This document shows positions 46,401 through 58,573 of a stretch of DNA of 64,000 bases, in pieces; position 1 is the stretch's first letter, and each line of letters starts with the position of its first letter. The notes beneath the pieces are model-generated. The model was not told the origin of the DNA and searched no databases. It saw only the letters and a program-made list of their open reading frames with translations. The translations under genes and the position numbers were made by a program. Location: assembly GCA_001179505.1 (NCBI GenBank), contig CDMY01001019.1, positions 124,001-188,000 on the forward strand. The letters are read 5' to 3'. This stretch comes from Vitrella brassicaformis CCMP3155 (taxonomy: Eukaryota; Protista; Chromerida).

Positions 46401-48988
46401 GGACAATCGGCAGGTGGTTCAGGTGGCTCTTCCGGCGGGGCTGGGGCAGGATGGTCACCATACCTTTTGTACAGGTACGGAGGGAGGCCAGCGAGGGCAG
46501 GGCAGGGCAGGTCACCAAGCAACCAGCGATCGATTCCCTCAAATGGACATTTGAATGAGTCAGTTGTAGGTGTTGCGTGACTGTGTCTGTGTGTGTGTGT
46601 GTGTGTGTGTGTAGGCAATGGTGTTGCTGGTGATGTGCGTGTACTGGAGTGCGTCCTACTGGGGCATCCACGAGATGAGCGCCGGGCTGAACCTCCTGGA
46701 ACTCACCCCCTTCAACTCATACTATCGGGTACCTCCCTCCGTACCTCCATACACACATACATACATCACCTGAGCGTACCGACGTCAATGTCCTTCATTT
46801 GTGTGTGCTCTGCTGTCTGTGCTGTGCTGTGTGAATCCATGTGTACATGTGTGTAGGATTTTTGGCAGCAGTATTTCGCCAGCTTCCCGTCCTATGGCGA
46901 GGACGTCTTTGTGGTCTTCCCCCACCAAACGCAGTGGTGGCGAAAAGACGTCAGGGTCAGTGAGACACACACATACACACATGCACACAAACCTACCGAC
47001 CAACCGACACATGAGACTCACACGCATGTGTGGTGTGCATGGCATGGCTGTGTCTACTTACTTGGTGTATGTGTGTGTATGCGAATGTGTGTGTACGCAG
47101 GAGGCGTATATGGCATTGGAAGGTCGCGTCCGCAACGGCACCTATGCGTCCGACATGATCTTCAGCGGCATGTACGAGTTCTACAGCCGCACAAGCCAGG
47201 AGACCCTCGACGCGATGGAAGACGACCCAGCTCGATTCAACCGCACGTACGCCCACACGCACGCCCCTCTGCGCCGCCGCCCACTCCCTCCTTCACACCC
47301 CCACCATACAATCAATGGACTCACTCTCCTCTCGTGTCTGTCAGGCTGTCGAGATGGCTGGATCGGTCACAGTATCAGATCCTCAGGAGCGACTTCGTCT
47401 TCGACGCTGGTATGGATGGATGGATGGATGGATGTGTTTACGCAGACGAACGTATCTGCAAATGTCTGCCCTCCATATGTGTGTGATCAGATGGTCTGCA
47501 GCACTACCGATTCCGCTTCTTCGCGCGGCAGAGGATCCCTGGGGCCGACCTGGTGGAGGGCAGCCGACACGACTGCAAACAGGCAGAGCAGGACACGGGT
47601 ACGCACACGCACCTGAGCACCTGAGGGCCTCAGGGCTCCAAGACACTCACACCGCACTCTCTGGTGTGTGTCCACCATCCATCCATCCATCCGTATGTGT
47701 GTGTGGGCGTGCAGGTGGGCTGCTGCGTTGTTTTCCGTATGCGGACATGTTCCCCTACTACGAGAGCGACATCTCCATCCTGGAAGACACACTCAGGAGC
47801 CTCGGATACGCACTCATCGCCGTCATGATCGTACGCTCGCTGACGATACGATACACACATGACATGCACACACAGAGACACAGAGCGAGAGCGAGAGAGG
47901 GGGGGGGGCGGAATGCATTCACTCACGTGTGGACTGTGGTGCCTGGCTGCAGGTGTCGACGTTCCTGATGCGGCATTGGCGGAGTTGGCTGTTGGTCATG
48001 TGCATGCTGGTGTCCATCGACGTGGGGCTCTTCGGCTTCATGTACCACTGGGACCTGCAGCTCAACATGATCACCATGGTCACACTCATACTCGCCATCG
48101 GTACGTACGGCCGGCACAACACAACACTACACCCTCACCACCCCTTCACACACACAGACAGACATGTGGGCGCCTGCGTGTGTGTGTTGTGTGTCCATTC
48201 AGGTTTCTCTGTGGACTCGACCACTCACATTGCGCATACCTTTGGCCACGCCGTTGGGCCAACAAGGTCCCACAGGTGCGCTTCGATATACATACCTGGG
48301 ATGACATCTGGAGTCTGAGAGGCCCACTGGGGCGATGTGTTGTGTTGTGTTGTGTTGTGTTGTGTTGCAGGGCGGCTGAGACACTGGTGCTGATGGGCAA
48401 TCCTGTGTTCCACGGCTCTTTTTCGACATTTCTGGCCATGCTGATCATCCTCACTATGGACAGCTACATATTCGTCATCTTCTTCAGAATGATGACACTC
48501 GTAAGACTCACACAGACAGACAGACAGACAGACAGGCAGGCAGAACGGCGAGTCATGAGAGCCACAGCCTCCCACCCACCCAGCCACCCACTGCTGCACC
48601 CACCCATCGGTGTGTGCAGGTGCTGTCTCTGGGGATGTGCCACGGCCTGCTCCTGCTGCCTGTGCTGCTGATATTCGTCGGCCCCTTCGACCCATACGTC
48701 CCCTCGCCCCTTCGCACCCGCATAGCCGCCACCAGCACCACCGGCAAGGGAGCCATGACACTCTCCCTACCGGCCACCACCACCGCCGCTATCAGCAGCA
48801 GCAACAATGGTAATGTGGCGATCAAGGTGACGCCCCCCGGTTGTCAGGCTGGTGGTGCAGGCCCCCAGGGTCAGGTCGAGACGTGTTGTGAGACCAACGT
48901 CGAGGAGAGCACCAGCTACGACGAGGTGCCTTCCAACAATGGGGGCTCCTCCAGGGAATCCAGGGAGGAGAGCAGCAATTCCGTGTGA
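43437..48988 (+). CDS. Patched/NPC1-related RND sterol-sensing-domain membrane transporter
   Basis: TM1, then SSD with PFLCMGIGVDDMFVI and GISITITTLTNLISF; second repeat FPYADMFPYYESD, GFSVDSTTHIAHTF, GNPVFHGSFSTFLAM, HGLLLLPVLL. Confidence 0.93.
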
Positions 48989-50271
48989 GCGGTGGGTGTG
49001 CCGTGGTGGATGGATGAATGGATGGACGGTGTATGATGGCAGCTGTCGAGAGCTTGCGTGTATGCATTCTGTGTGAGGCGCCGGTCGGTCTGTCTGTCTG
49101 TCAGCAAGGCAGTCAGCCAGTTAGCCACTGAGTCGATGCTGGTGGTGTCGTCGTTAGTTTCTGAGCCGTGTGTGTCGTGCATGCCTGCATCCCTGGCTGT
49201 CTGCCTGGATGGATGGATGGATGGAGGCCTCCCCCCGGCCAGTCTAGTCTAGTTGGTGCCTTTGCTGCGACCGACCGACCGAGGTACCGACCGACTCTAC
49301 TGGGCTCGCTCCTGACGCATTTTTGTCCTGTTATGTACCCAACACACACGAGTGTGTGTGTCCTGTGTTGCCTTGTGTTCAGCCTTGTCGTGGGTTGTGT
49401 TGTGTTGTGGGTTGTGTACGTATTTATATACACAGCAGGTAGGTGTTAGGTCGCAAAGAGATAGATAGACAGATGGAGGGACGGACAGCAAGAGGAAGGA
49501 AGGCTTTTGTACAGACAGACCTGCAGAGGCAGATGGGATGGCTGGCTGAATGGACGGAGGAGGCAGGGAGGCAGCGAGGGAAGGTCGAGACGACCCATCC
49601 ATGGAGACATACATGTGCGTGGATTTGCTTTTTGCTTTTCCTCCTGTCTGTTTTCATGGCATGTGTGCCTCATGGGGCTGGCTTAGCAAGGACTGGATGG
49701 ATGGATAGATGGATGTCGTCTGCCTGCCTGCCTGCCTGCCTATCAGGCCCATCCGTCATACTAACAGACTTATTGTGTATATCTTTTTGATTGGGGCGAT
49801 TAATCGAGGCGGCCCGCCTGACGGATGCAGATGGATGTAGTATGCGTCCATGCATCCGACCCGCCGGCCGGCCGATGACGTAAGCAGAAAGGCACATCGT
49901 GTGCCTGCCTGCCTGCCTGGCTATGTGTGCGTGTGTGTTTGTATGTGGTTTTGGAGGGGCCTGAAGAGGAAACGAGCAAGGAAGGGCCATGCCATGGGCT
50001 GGGTGGGCTGGGCTGGGGTGGTGTGGGGTGGAAGTGCATTCGTACCTTCTTGCATGGTGCGATGGATGGATGCTGTGGATGGATGGACCTGTGTGTGTGT
50101 GTGTGTGTGTGTGTGGCCATCTGTCAAATAAATGTCGTATTTATGAACCACCACCCAACTTACCACGCAGCTAATGTGAGTGAGTGAGCCCGTTGATAGA
50201 TAAAGGGCTTCTCTACTCTACTTACATCGTCAGTCAGTCACCGAGCAGAAAACCTGTGTTGGCTTCCGCCT

Positions 50272-50906
50272 TCACTGCGGCGTCTGCCCGGCTGGGTACG
50301 GGGCAAACACGTCTGTCTCCAGCAGAGATGTCTGCACACGCTTGTTGATCTGCCGCTTGGCCCACACCTCGCCTGCATCAACCAAGCTCTGCTTCTCTCT
50401 CTCTCTGCTTGCTCTCTGATCTGCCTGTAGGAGTCGCCCTCTCACCCCTTCCTGACCTTGAGTGTTTGTTGGCGGGCGTCCTTCGCAGCAGGACAGCGTC
50501 ACGTGGGCGATGCCCATGGGCGGTGAATTGAGGGACGAATTCCATAGGGTACACCATCGACAAACACCACTGCACGTGCACATGCAGCACACACAGCACA
50601 ATGGGAAAGAACACTGATGCCCACGAGTGTAATCGTGCAGTGTGCATGGCATCATACGTACCGCAAGGTCTCGGACAAAGGCGACTGACTGGTCCAGGCC
50701 CCAGGGCCGCCTAAATCAGTGGGATCAGTCGCTGCAGGAGCTGCAGTGCGTGGCCATCGATATCCGTATTGAGTCCCCCCATGCAGTAGTCCTTGTGGCC
50801 GGAATCGAAGAATGTCCTCAGGCGATATATCAGTGAAGAGGGATCCTTTTTTGTATACTAGGTAATTTACAAGCAATCTCTGCTGCGATCGCTTCTTGGC
50901 CGCCAA
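50272..50906 (-). CDS. Possible spliced coding region, frame unresolved
   Basis: Several open, non-repetitive frames with a GT donor and AG acceptor around 50660/50570; no clear ATG or motif. Confidence 0.22.
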
Positions 50907-50933
50907 AGCTATTGATAGCGAGTTTTGGCAGCG

Positions 50934-51384
50934 ATGACGAGTTTCGTTGCGCCCCTCATCGTGGTGGCGTTCGTATCTGCCGCCCTGGCCGTGGCTGGGC
51001 GGGGGGAGTACTGCGAGGGGACAGGCTGCGCAACAGACGGTATGTGGGCACTATGAGCGAGCTCTACGGTGCACACATCACTCCCGGCCCACATACCGCT
51101 GTCCGACCTGCAGGTGCCTCGTTCCTCGCCGGCACTGAGGAGATTCAGACCAACAAGAAGACCATGGCGGCCAATAAGCACGGTGCGTCTGTATGGATCT
51201 GGATGGACACATGGATGGATGGATGGATGTCGTGTGTGTGTCCATCTGCGTGTGCATCTCTCTATGTGTGTGTGCATCTATGTTGTGTGCAGTCGGCGCG
51301 TTGTCGATGCTGCAGGAGAAGATCCGGACCACCAAAGCCTTCATCGAGTCGGCCAACACGCTGGCCCGCTCATCCAGACAATAA
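50934..51384 (+). CDS. Small secreted protein (about 88 aa, 3 exons)
   Basis: MTSFVAPLIVVAFVSAALAVAGRGEYCEGTGCATD|GASFLAGTEEIQTNKKTMAANKH|VGALSMLQEKIRTTKAFIESANTLARSSRQ*; signal peptide; both introns phase 1 GT-AG. Confidence 0.6.
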
Positions 51385-51539
51385 TGGCAGGTAACATCGA
51401 GAGAGATGTCCACACAGACAGGCTGCAGGCAGGCAGGCAGGCAGACAGAATTGACAACCTGCCTGCCTGCCTGAGAAGGGCGAGGATGACGGGAATCTGA
51501 CCCTCCCCGCCGGCCGGAAATTCGGAGGGGAGGGGAAGG

Positions 51540-52249
51540 GCGAGAGACCACAGGGTCCTCATGGCCCTCGAGAAAGACTTCCCCTTTCGCCCTTTGTCGC
51601 AGCTGAAGCTCTCTTCTCACCTCCAGAAAGAGGCCGGGCGCTTTCAGCAATGGATCCCCAATATATCCGTCGCTGCCCGCAGAGAGAGACCTGCACACTC
51701 GATGTCGTCCAGCAGCAGGAAGCCGCGTGAGTGCCGGTCGAGGGCAGAGAAGGCCCGGAAGGACCGGTCAAACGATGAGATCAGCCGCCCGACGCCTCAC
51801 CTGCATGGACGACAGTATGCACTGATCGGTCGGTGAGAGTATCGTTGCTTACGTACGATGGCTCTAAAGACCTCCCGTGAGAGGCCTGGCGGTTGCTGGT
51901 GACTGAGCCCCTCCACCACCCACAAGTGCTGATGCACAGGACCGTACCACACCACACCACCAGCAGCCATACCCGTGCCTTGTTTGTGTCCATCCATCCT
52001 TTTCTGCCGACCCACCTGAATGTCACTTTTGACGAATGGGAAGCCGAACACCGCCAGCAGGGCGCCCTTGAGCTCTGCGCGCGTCAGCACCCCCTTCGAG
52101 CCGTGGTCGAAACGGCAGAAGATCCTATCCACGTCACCATCTCGGCTCCGCCATGATTCGCATGATGAGAGCACCTGAATGAACGAAACAATGCCACACA
52201 CACGACGCACAGAGAGTGACCTGACGGATGATCTGCATCTGTCCTTCAT
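51540..52249 (-). CDS. EF-hand protein resembling EFCAB11; 3' structure unresolved
   Basis: DVDRIFCRFDHGSKGVLTRAELKGALLAVFG and FRAFSALDRHSRGFLLLDDIE match the recalled EFCAB11 spacing; in-frame TGAs must be removed by splicing. Confidence 0.68.
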
Positions 52250-52424
52250 TCAGCTGACCTTTTCGCACCTCGTCAGCAGCTATCGACGCCGGCGACGAAT
52301 GGAAACGCCATTGCTGAAGATTGAGGTGTGCCTGTGAGGATGCTGCAGGCTGCCCAAGGGACAAAGGAGGGAAATCTCCTCCCTCTCCTCCCTCAATTTC
52401 CAAGCTCGTAATTGACGACGGATC

Positions 52425-54807
52425 ATGGCTTTTCTCGGCGACTGGTATGGCTATGACTATGACCATGAAGACGATAGCCGATTGAGGCGAGAAAGTACGT
52501 GGATCTTCCCTCGCCTTGATACGTTCCTCGAATCAATCACTCTGAATCTGGTGTGTGGATGTCAATTGGTGGATGTGTGTGTAGATGTCAGTGAGACCCC
52601 TCTGAATGGACCCCGTGTGTTGGCGCTGTTCAGTGTAGAGGTTTCTGACATCGCTAAGGGCGAATCAGGTGAGCGGGTGGGGATACGCTCCTCGAGCACA
52701 GCCCCATTGGCAGCTGCCCCGGCCGGCTTGCTTGTGTTCCATCTGTGCGTGCAGTTGCCCTTGTGCTTGGCACGCGAGACCCCGTCGCCATGAGTCCCCC
52801 GTCGCCGACTTGCCCGAGGTGGTCTCTGTCTGTGGTCCTCCCTTCCAAAAGTGGAAAGCTTCATGAAGGGCTGTACAGTCGCACCGACTTCGTAGTGAGG
52901 TGCAAGTACAGCTACGGCATCATCGGAGCCAACGGACAACTGACGCGTCGCGAAGAGGGAGGCACGCGGCGGGTGAGGGCGGGCAAGACGCCTCATCTAG
53001 TCTTCGTCAAGGACACATATGGGATGTGGGAGGGCAAGACGGATGCGGTGTCGCTGAAACCAGCTGAAGCCTCCGCACCGACGGTGAGTGATGAGGCAAC
53101 CACACACCAATGAGGCAGAGAGACACGACGACCGTGGTGCATGTGTGTGTCGATCAATCAGGGGCCCTCGTTCGTCTGGGGGTCGTCCCCTCCTCCAGCG
53201 CTCTACGCCACCGTGCCGCCCGACCAGCCCCTCACCTTGCCGCACCGAGTGAGCATCTGGCGACCCTCCACTGCTTGGTCGGCAGGCCTCTCCGAGTCGA
53301 ATCTCAGCCCTAACAACGTCAGCATCGATTTCCGCGGCGCGGACCAGCTGACGAGGCAGCTGGTTGTTGGCATCGCCTGCAATGTCATCAGTGAGGGGTC
53401 AGCCCGAGACCTCCTCCACCGAGGCGCCGAGGGCAATCAGATCGTTAGGGCGTGGTCCATCGTGTCGGCCGTCCGCGAGATGAGCCTGCCCCGACTTGCC
53501 GCAAAGCACCTGGACGAGCCCGAGGCCGTCGGCGTGATGCGCGTGCTGCTGGACGCCGGCGCCCCCAACATCCCACCAGACAGACACAGCGACCGCGACA
53601 GCGCAGTTCGCAGGGCCGCGCTGGCCGGCAAGTGTGGTGTGCTGGACGTCATGCTGGAGCCGCAATACGGCATCTTAGCTGCCGGACACTGCCTGCTGGC
53701 GGCGGTGTGTCGCAGCAAGTCGGGCTCTGCCGACAAGCTGCGTGTGGTCAATGCTCGGCGAGCGGGACGTGACAGTGCTGTCGGAGAAGGGCGACGACGG
53801 GTGGCGGCCCATCCATCACTTCAGTTCAAGGCCACTGAGCGACAAGAAGCTGCAGGAGCAGCTCATCGACTAAGTACTTCGCCGAGAAGCTGGGGGCGGA
53901 TGTCGTCAACACACCCGTCCAGCTCCCTCCCCCAATTCGCCCTTTCTCCGCGGACCAGGAGTGCAGGTGGCCCCTCTCCATAGCTCATCTCGCGTACGGC
54001 AAGTACCACGACAGAGCGGATGCGACCATTGAGCGTCTCTATCGGTATGGGGCGGCGCGGCACATCAACACCACCGACAGCCAGGGCAACACGGCGCTCA
54101 CAGATGCGGCAGCCCGATTAGACTGCCCCAATGAAGCCCTCGTCGGTCTGCTCGAGCACGGCGCATCTGTGGCGACTGCCGGGCTCACACAACAGGAGCC
54201 GAGCAACTGGTGGGGGCTCCTCCGTAAGGAAGGAAGAGCCAGGCTGCTCACGGCATACTCTTCCTCCCTCAACGAGTCCATCCCCCGCCTGGCCCTGCAG
54301 ACCATCAACGCGTCCCTCCGCCCATCACGCAGCCTCATGGCGTCCCTCACCCAGCCGGTCCCCCTCCGCAGCCGCACCATCGCCCTGCCGTCTGACGTCC
54401 TGACGACCATCAACAGCTATCTCGCCCCCACCAACCAGACCGACAGCCCGCCCCCTCCCATTCCCATCGGCGATGAGCCTATCGGCACACAAATCAACCA
54501 AGCTGTGCGCCAGTACGCCCTGATCGCAGCGCGTGTGATGTGCCTGCCGGTGAAGCAGCAGCAGGAGGGCAGCCAGGAGCGTCCGCAGGGGCACGGCAAC
54601 GTTCGTGTGGTGGGGAGGCCCGGCGTCGCTGCGCTGCGATGCTTCGCCGTGGGGGGCGCCCCCCAGCCGCAGCAGCGGATGGGTGTGTGCGAGGTCATCG
54701 CTCGGGCAGTGAGGCTGGAGGCGTCGCGATACGGCATCGGCGTGACCCTCCGCCACAACGTCATCAACAATGACGCCCATGTGCTGGGCGCATTGGCGGT
54801 CGTGTAG
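52425..54807 (+). pseudogene. Ankyrin-repeat gene of the expanded chromerid family with an apparent frameshift at about 53871
   Basis: VMRVLLDAGA, HINTTDSQGNTALTDAA..LLEHGASV, C-terminal IALPSDVLTTINSYL..LRCFAVGG..EASRYG; QLID-TAA switches frame to KYFAEKLG. Confidence 0.75.
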
Positions 54808-55346
54808 CGACAGATCTATAGACCAGACAGGCTGTCTGGCGATCTTTCGGTAGGTAGAGGGGCTTCTTGTTGACGGACTGATTGCGTTCGTTTGCCCGAA
54901 GGGTTCCTGCATGGTGTAGATACATACGTTGCATATATATATATGTGTGGGTCTGACGTGTGGTGTGTGCGCATGTGAGCTCTGGATGTGTGTCTCGCTG
55001 CCAACTGTCGTGCCTTTCTCTCCCCCACATCTCCTTTATCGAGCTGCCTGTCTGTCTGTCTGTGGTGCCTGTGGTGCGGTGCAAGTGCGACGTGAGTGTA
55101 TTCGTGGATGCGACGCGATAGCATTTTGACCTCTGCGATAAGATTGAACACTTTATCGGTAGCACAAAGAAGTGTTCAATCTTACGAAAAAATCATCAAC
55201 GGCTCACGCATGCGTCCGATGCCACAAGCAGTGCTGCTTGTGCTATCGCATCACGGCCTCCACGAAGGATTGCCTCTTAAGTGAATGCACGCAATGGGCA
55301 TTGCAAACACGTGAAGATACCCCTTCTTGCGCAGAGGTTTGGTTTC

Positions 55347-55835
55347 TCACTCACATGATACTGGTCTGAGATCCCCGTCAGATCTCTCGCTAAAGAGCAC
55401 TTTGTTGACAGCGATGATGGGCATGGCGACCAAGTATTTGCATACTACTCGCCGATTGATTGAGAGCTTCAGCGGCACACCGATTGATATCAATTGATCC
55501 ACACGATTCATACCTTGAAAGACACGCACAGACAATGGCAGATAACATCGAAAGAGATGTCCACACAGACAGACAGACAGGCAGGCAGGCAGCTTACCCT
55601 TAACCACCACCACGGTGACCCACGGATTAGAGAATTCTGCGACGGCGGCATATGGATGTATAGTGTACACAACTGCACTGGCACAACTGAGGCGTCCATC
55701 CAAATTTACGGTGTTGACGTTCGCCTTGGAGGTTGACGCGTGTATTAATCCATCCAACGAATTTGCATTGTCATGTGCCTTGCCTTGCCGAATGAATGCA
55801 CGCGACAGGTGGCACTGCGGGCAACAGGGCCACAT
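55347..55835 (-). CDS. Possible gene fragment with an 84-nt GT-AG intron (55597-55514)
   Basis: Open frame across a canonical GTAAGC...TTTCAAG intron; no recognised domain. Confidence 0.25.
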   Translation of the reverse strand: MWPCCPQCHLSRAFIRQGKAHDNANSLDGLIHASTSKANVNTVNLDGRLSCASAVVYTIHPYAAVAEFSNPWVTVVVVKGKLPACLSVCLCGHLFRCYLPLSVRVFQGMNRVDQLISIGVPLKLSINRRVVCKYLVAMPIIAVNKVLFSERSDGDLRPVSCE

Positions 55836-55920
55836 ACGGAGCGGCTGACAAGGCCAACACTACCAACCCCATCGAAGGCCCCCTTCGCTTGTTTCCTCTC
55901 CCTCGTCACCTTTGGCTTTG

Positions 55921-56092
55921 GCTTTGCTTTGCTTTGCTTTGGATTGATTGTCTCCCCTCCGTCGTGGCCTTTCGCCTTGGGCCTTGCTTTGCTTTGGATT
56001 GATTGTTTCCCTTCCGTCGTGGCCTTTCACAGGGTTTCGGTTTGCTTAGGTTTGTTTGGGTTTGCTTAGGTTTGCTGGGTTTGCTTTGGGGG
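55921..56092. repeat. (GCTTT)n tract, about 55-bp degenerate tandem duplication and GGTTT(G)CTTAGG-like array
   Basis: ttgctttgctttggattgattgt(c/t)tccc(c/t)tccgtcgtggcctttc x2, then ggtttgcttaggtttgtttgggtttgcttaggtttgctgggtttg. Confidence 0.8.
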
Positions 56093-56507
56093 CTGTACCC
56101 GCTGCATGCCTCCATCGAAGAGCATTAAGAGTTCAGAATACATTAACCAGGCTTGGTTGATCAGTGAACAGGCAATAGCGAGGCACATGTCGAGGAGAGA
56201 CACATCATATGACACGTGCGATGCTGGCCGAGTATTGCGTATACCCCACAGCCGACAAATGCACCCGCCACGAAACTATGCCCAACCTGGTGGCCATTGG
56301 AGGAGGGTCACCGAGCACACATTGTAGAAATGATTGTATTCGGCCATATATGTGAGGCTGGTGGGCGTGCCACATCACACCACTAAGCAGCCGTGACGCC
56401 ACGACGCTTCCAAGTCATCTTCCCATCGATCAACCGCCTCTTCCGCCCTGCGTCCATTCGTCCATCACCACACCACATAGACCGGCAGCAAGCCAACGCT
56501 TCTCGCA

Positions 56508-57368
56508 TCATACACCCCCACCACCAGCACCCTGCTGCTGGCCCGACGAGCCCTGCTGAGAGTGAGCGTCGACAGCCTCGCTTGAGCCCCACCTGTGCAC
56601 CTGCACGCCATGCCATCCATCCATCCATCCATCCATCCATATAGAGAGAGAGAGGAGAGGAGTAGAAGACACACAATATTCGTCTCTCCTGACCGTTGCA
56701 GCCACGTCAGAGACACCTGAAGAAGACGCGTGACAAATACAGTATACATACATGGGGGCCGCTTTGTCGACTACGCTGATGTGCGTACTTTCTGACACGA
56801 TCGAGGAGACCGCACTTGCGCCTGGCAGACAGACACACAGACACACAGACACACAGACACACAGAACGAACGCTCAGAGTGCACCCACCAATCAACACGA
56901 AAGAGTACAGTAGGTGCATGATGCCACACCATACCAGATAAGGCGAGCTGGGACATCCTGCGGCCTGCTGTCCGAATCGCCACGTCGGGATTCTGCACCT
57001 CATGAGACAGCTGCAGCCAGCCACCAAGCCAGTGAGTGCAGTGCACCCAACAAAACAATCCCAAACCGACACACTGCAGTGGAGGCTCCAGCCACGACTC
57101 CGGCACCCACACACTCACCGTATCAATGGTGTTCATGACAGACGCCGTCACGAGTGTCAGGCCAGTCGGGCGCCGCTCAATGCGCTGCACGGTGAGGGGT
57201 CTCCTCTCGCCCTTCCTGCCGGGCCACACAATGGTGCGGGCGGCCACCCTCTCGGCCGCTGGGGGGTCGCAGAAGACCACGCAGAAGCCATTCTTGACCT
57301 GCTGGGAGGCCACGCGCTGCACACGAATCACAGGGGCCACCCAGCAGAGCTGCATGACAGCCACACAA

Positions 57369-57399
<31 letters not shown>

Positions 57400-57632
57400 G
57401 AGAGGGATGGAGGGAGTGGCAACACGCGCAGAGTCCTTACCAGGTTGAAGACGGCGGTTTCATCGACGCTTGAAGGGAAGTCGGATATCACGAGGGTGGA
57501 GTTGACGTCAAAACCTGCAGGCTGCAATACATACGTACAGAAAGGGAAGGAGGCCAAGGACAGGCGCTGCCTGCTCGGCAACTAGCTGCTCGAGCTCTCC
57601 CGTGACCTACTCACCTCTTTGAAGGCCTTCAT
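56508..57632 (-). CDS. RRM-like RNA-binding protein (about 7 exons)
   Basis: MKAFKE|PAGFDVNSTLVISDFPSSVDETAVFNL|LCWVAPVIRVQRV..KNGFCVVFCDPPAAERV; RNP2-like (LVISDF) and RNP1-like (KNGFCVVF) motifs. Confidence 0.6.
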
Positions 57633-57683
57633 CTCATTTTTACTCCTGAGTTCTTTTCAACGGCAAACGGTAGGTGGATCGCC

Positions 57684-57712
57684 ATGTAGATCTTGCTTTG
57701 ACGTGCTTCACA
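57684..57712. repeat. 29-bp exact repeat, copy 1
   Basis: atgtagatcttgctttgacgtgcttcaca, identical to 58618-58646. Confidence 0.9.
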
Positions 57713-58573
57713 GCCGCTCACACGTCGATTAAGTCGAATCGAACTGCACGTATGGGTCTGGGTCTGTCCCAAGTCGCCTACTGGCGGTACACGGGTGCAC
57801 TAAGCCGGAACACATGCAGCTCCCCGCAGCGGCTATTAGTCTCGCGAAATGCGGTGATACGACAAGAAGCGACCAACACAAAGAGGCAACAGACAGGCAT
57901 CAACCCCCACCCACACCCAACGAAACGTTACAGACACATGGCACAGACATCAGATCAAACCCAGCACACACATTACACATATGATTGATCCCTCCTCCTG
58001 TATGCACAATCTCCCCGACTTGTACGTACGAGAAAGAGCAGACCACAGCATAGTATATAGCCAGAACAGTCGTCACCGTGCCTCTGGCGCAGACACGACA
58101 ACACAGCCAGACACAGTAAGCAAACAACAACAGGCAAAAGAGACAGTCAAACCGATATACCGAGGCCAACAAGACACAGTCTTGGGACGGTCCTGGTCAG
58201 GGCATAATGCATCCAGCCATCCACAAAGGATCATCTGAACGATTGGGCCTCAACCAGACGCAACACAAACACCACCGACGCGGTGCCTATGACGGTCGAA
58301 CATCCAGGCGCTCAGGTCAGCAGGAGAAACCGGGAAACCCCCTTGCCACGTCCACCACACCAGCATCATCTTGGGTGTCGTTGTTCGTCACCTAGATACA
58401 GGTAGGCCCTTGCATGACGAAGGGGAGGAAGAAGGGGGCGTCAGTCGAACCAGCGGGGTCTTGTGAGCACCAGATCCACCAGATCTCGCATAGCTCCACG
58501 ACTGGAACGCCCACGCTACGTGCAGGGAAGGCTCACAAGGCGGAGGGGAGAGGGAGAAGAAGGGACGAAGAAG

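Noticed and set aside
50500-50720. PCVVFVDGVPYGIR resembling a paladin/PTP-like motif
   Set aside because: Depends on one of several possible splice phases, hits a stop soon after, and no CX5R motif was found
51617-51799. Selenoprotein interpretation of the in-frame TGAs
   Set aside because: No SECIS seen, EF-hand proteins are not known selenoproteins, and splicing is a simpler explanation
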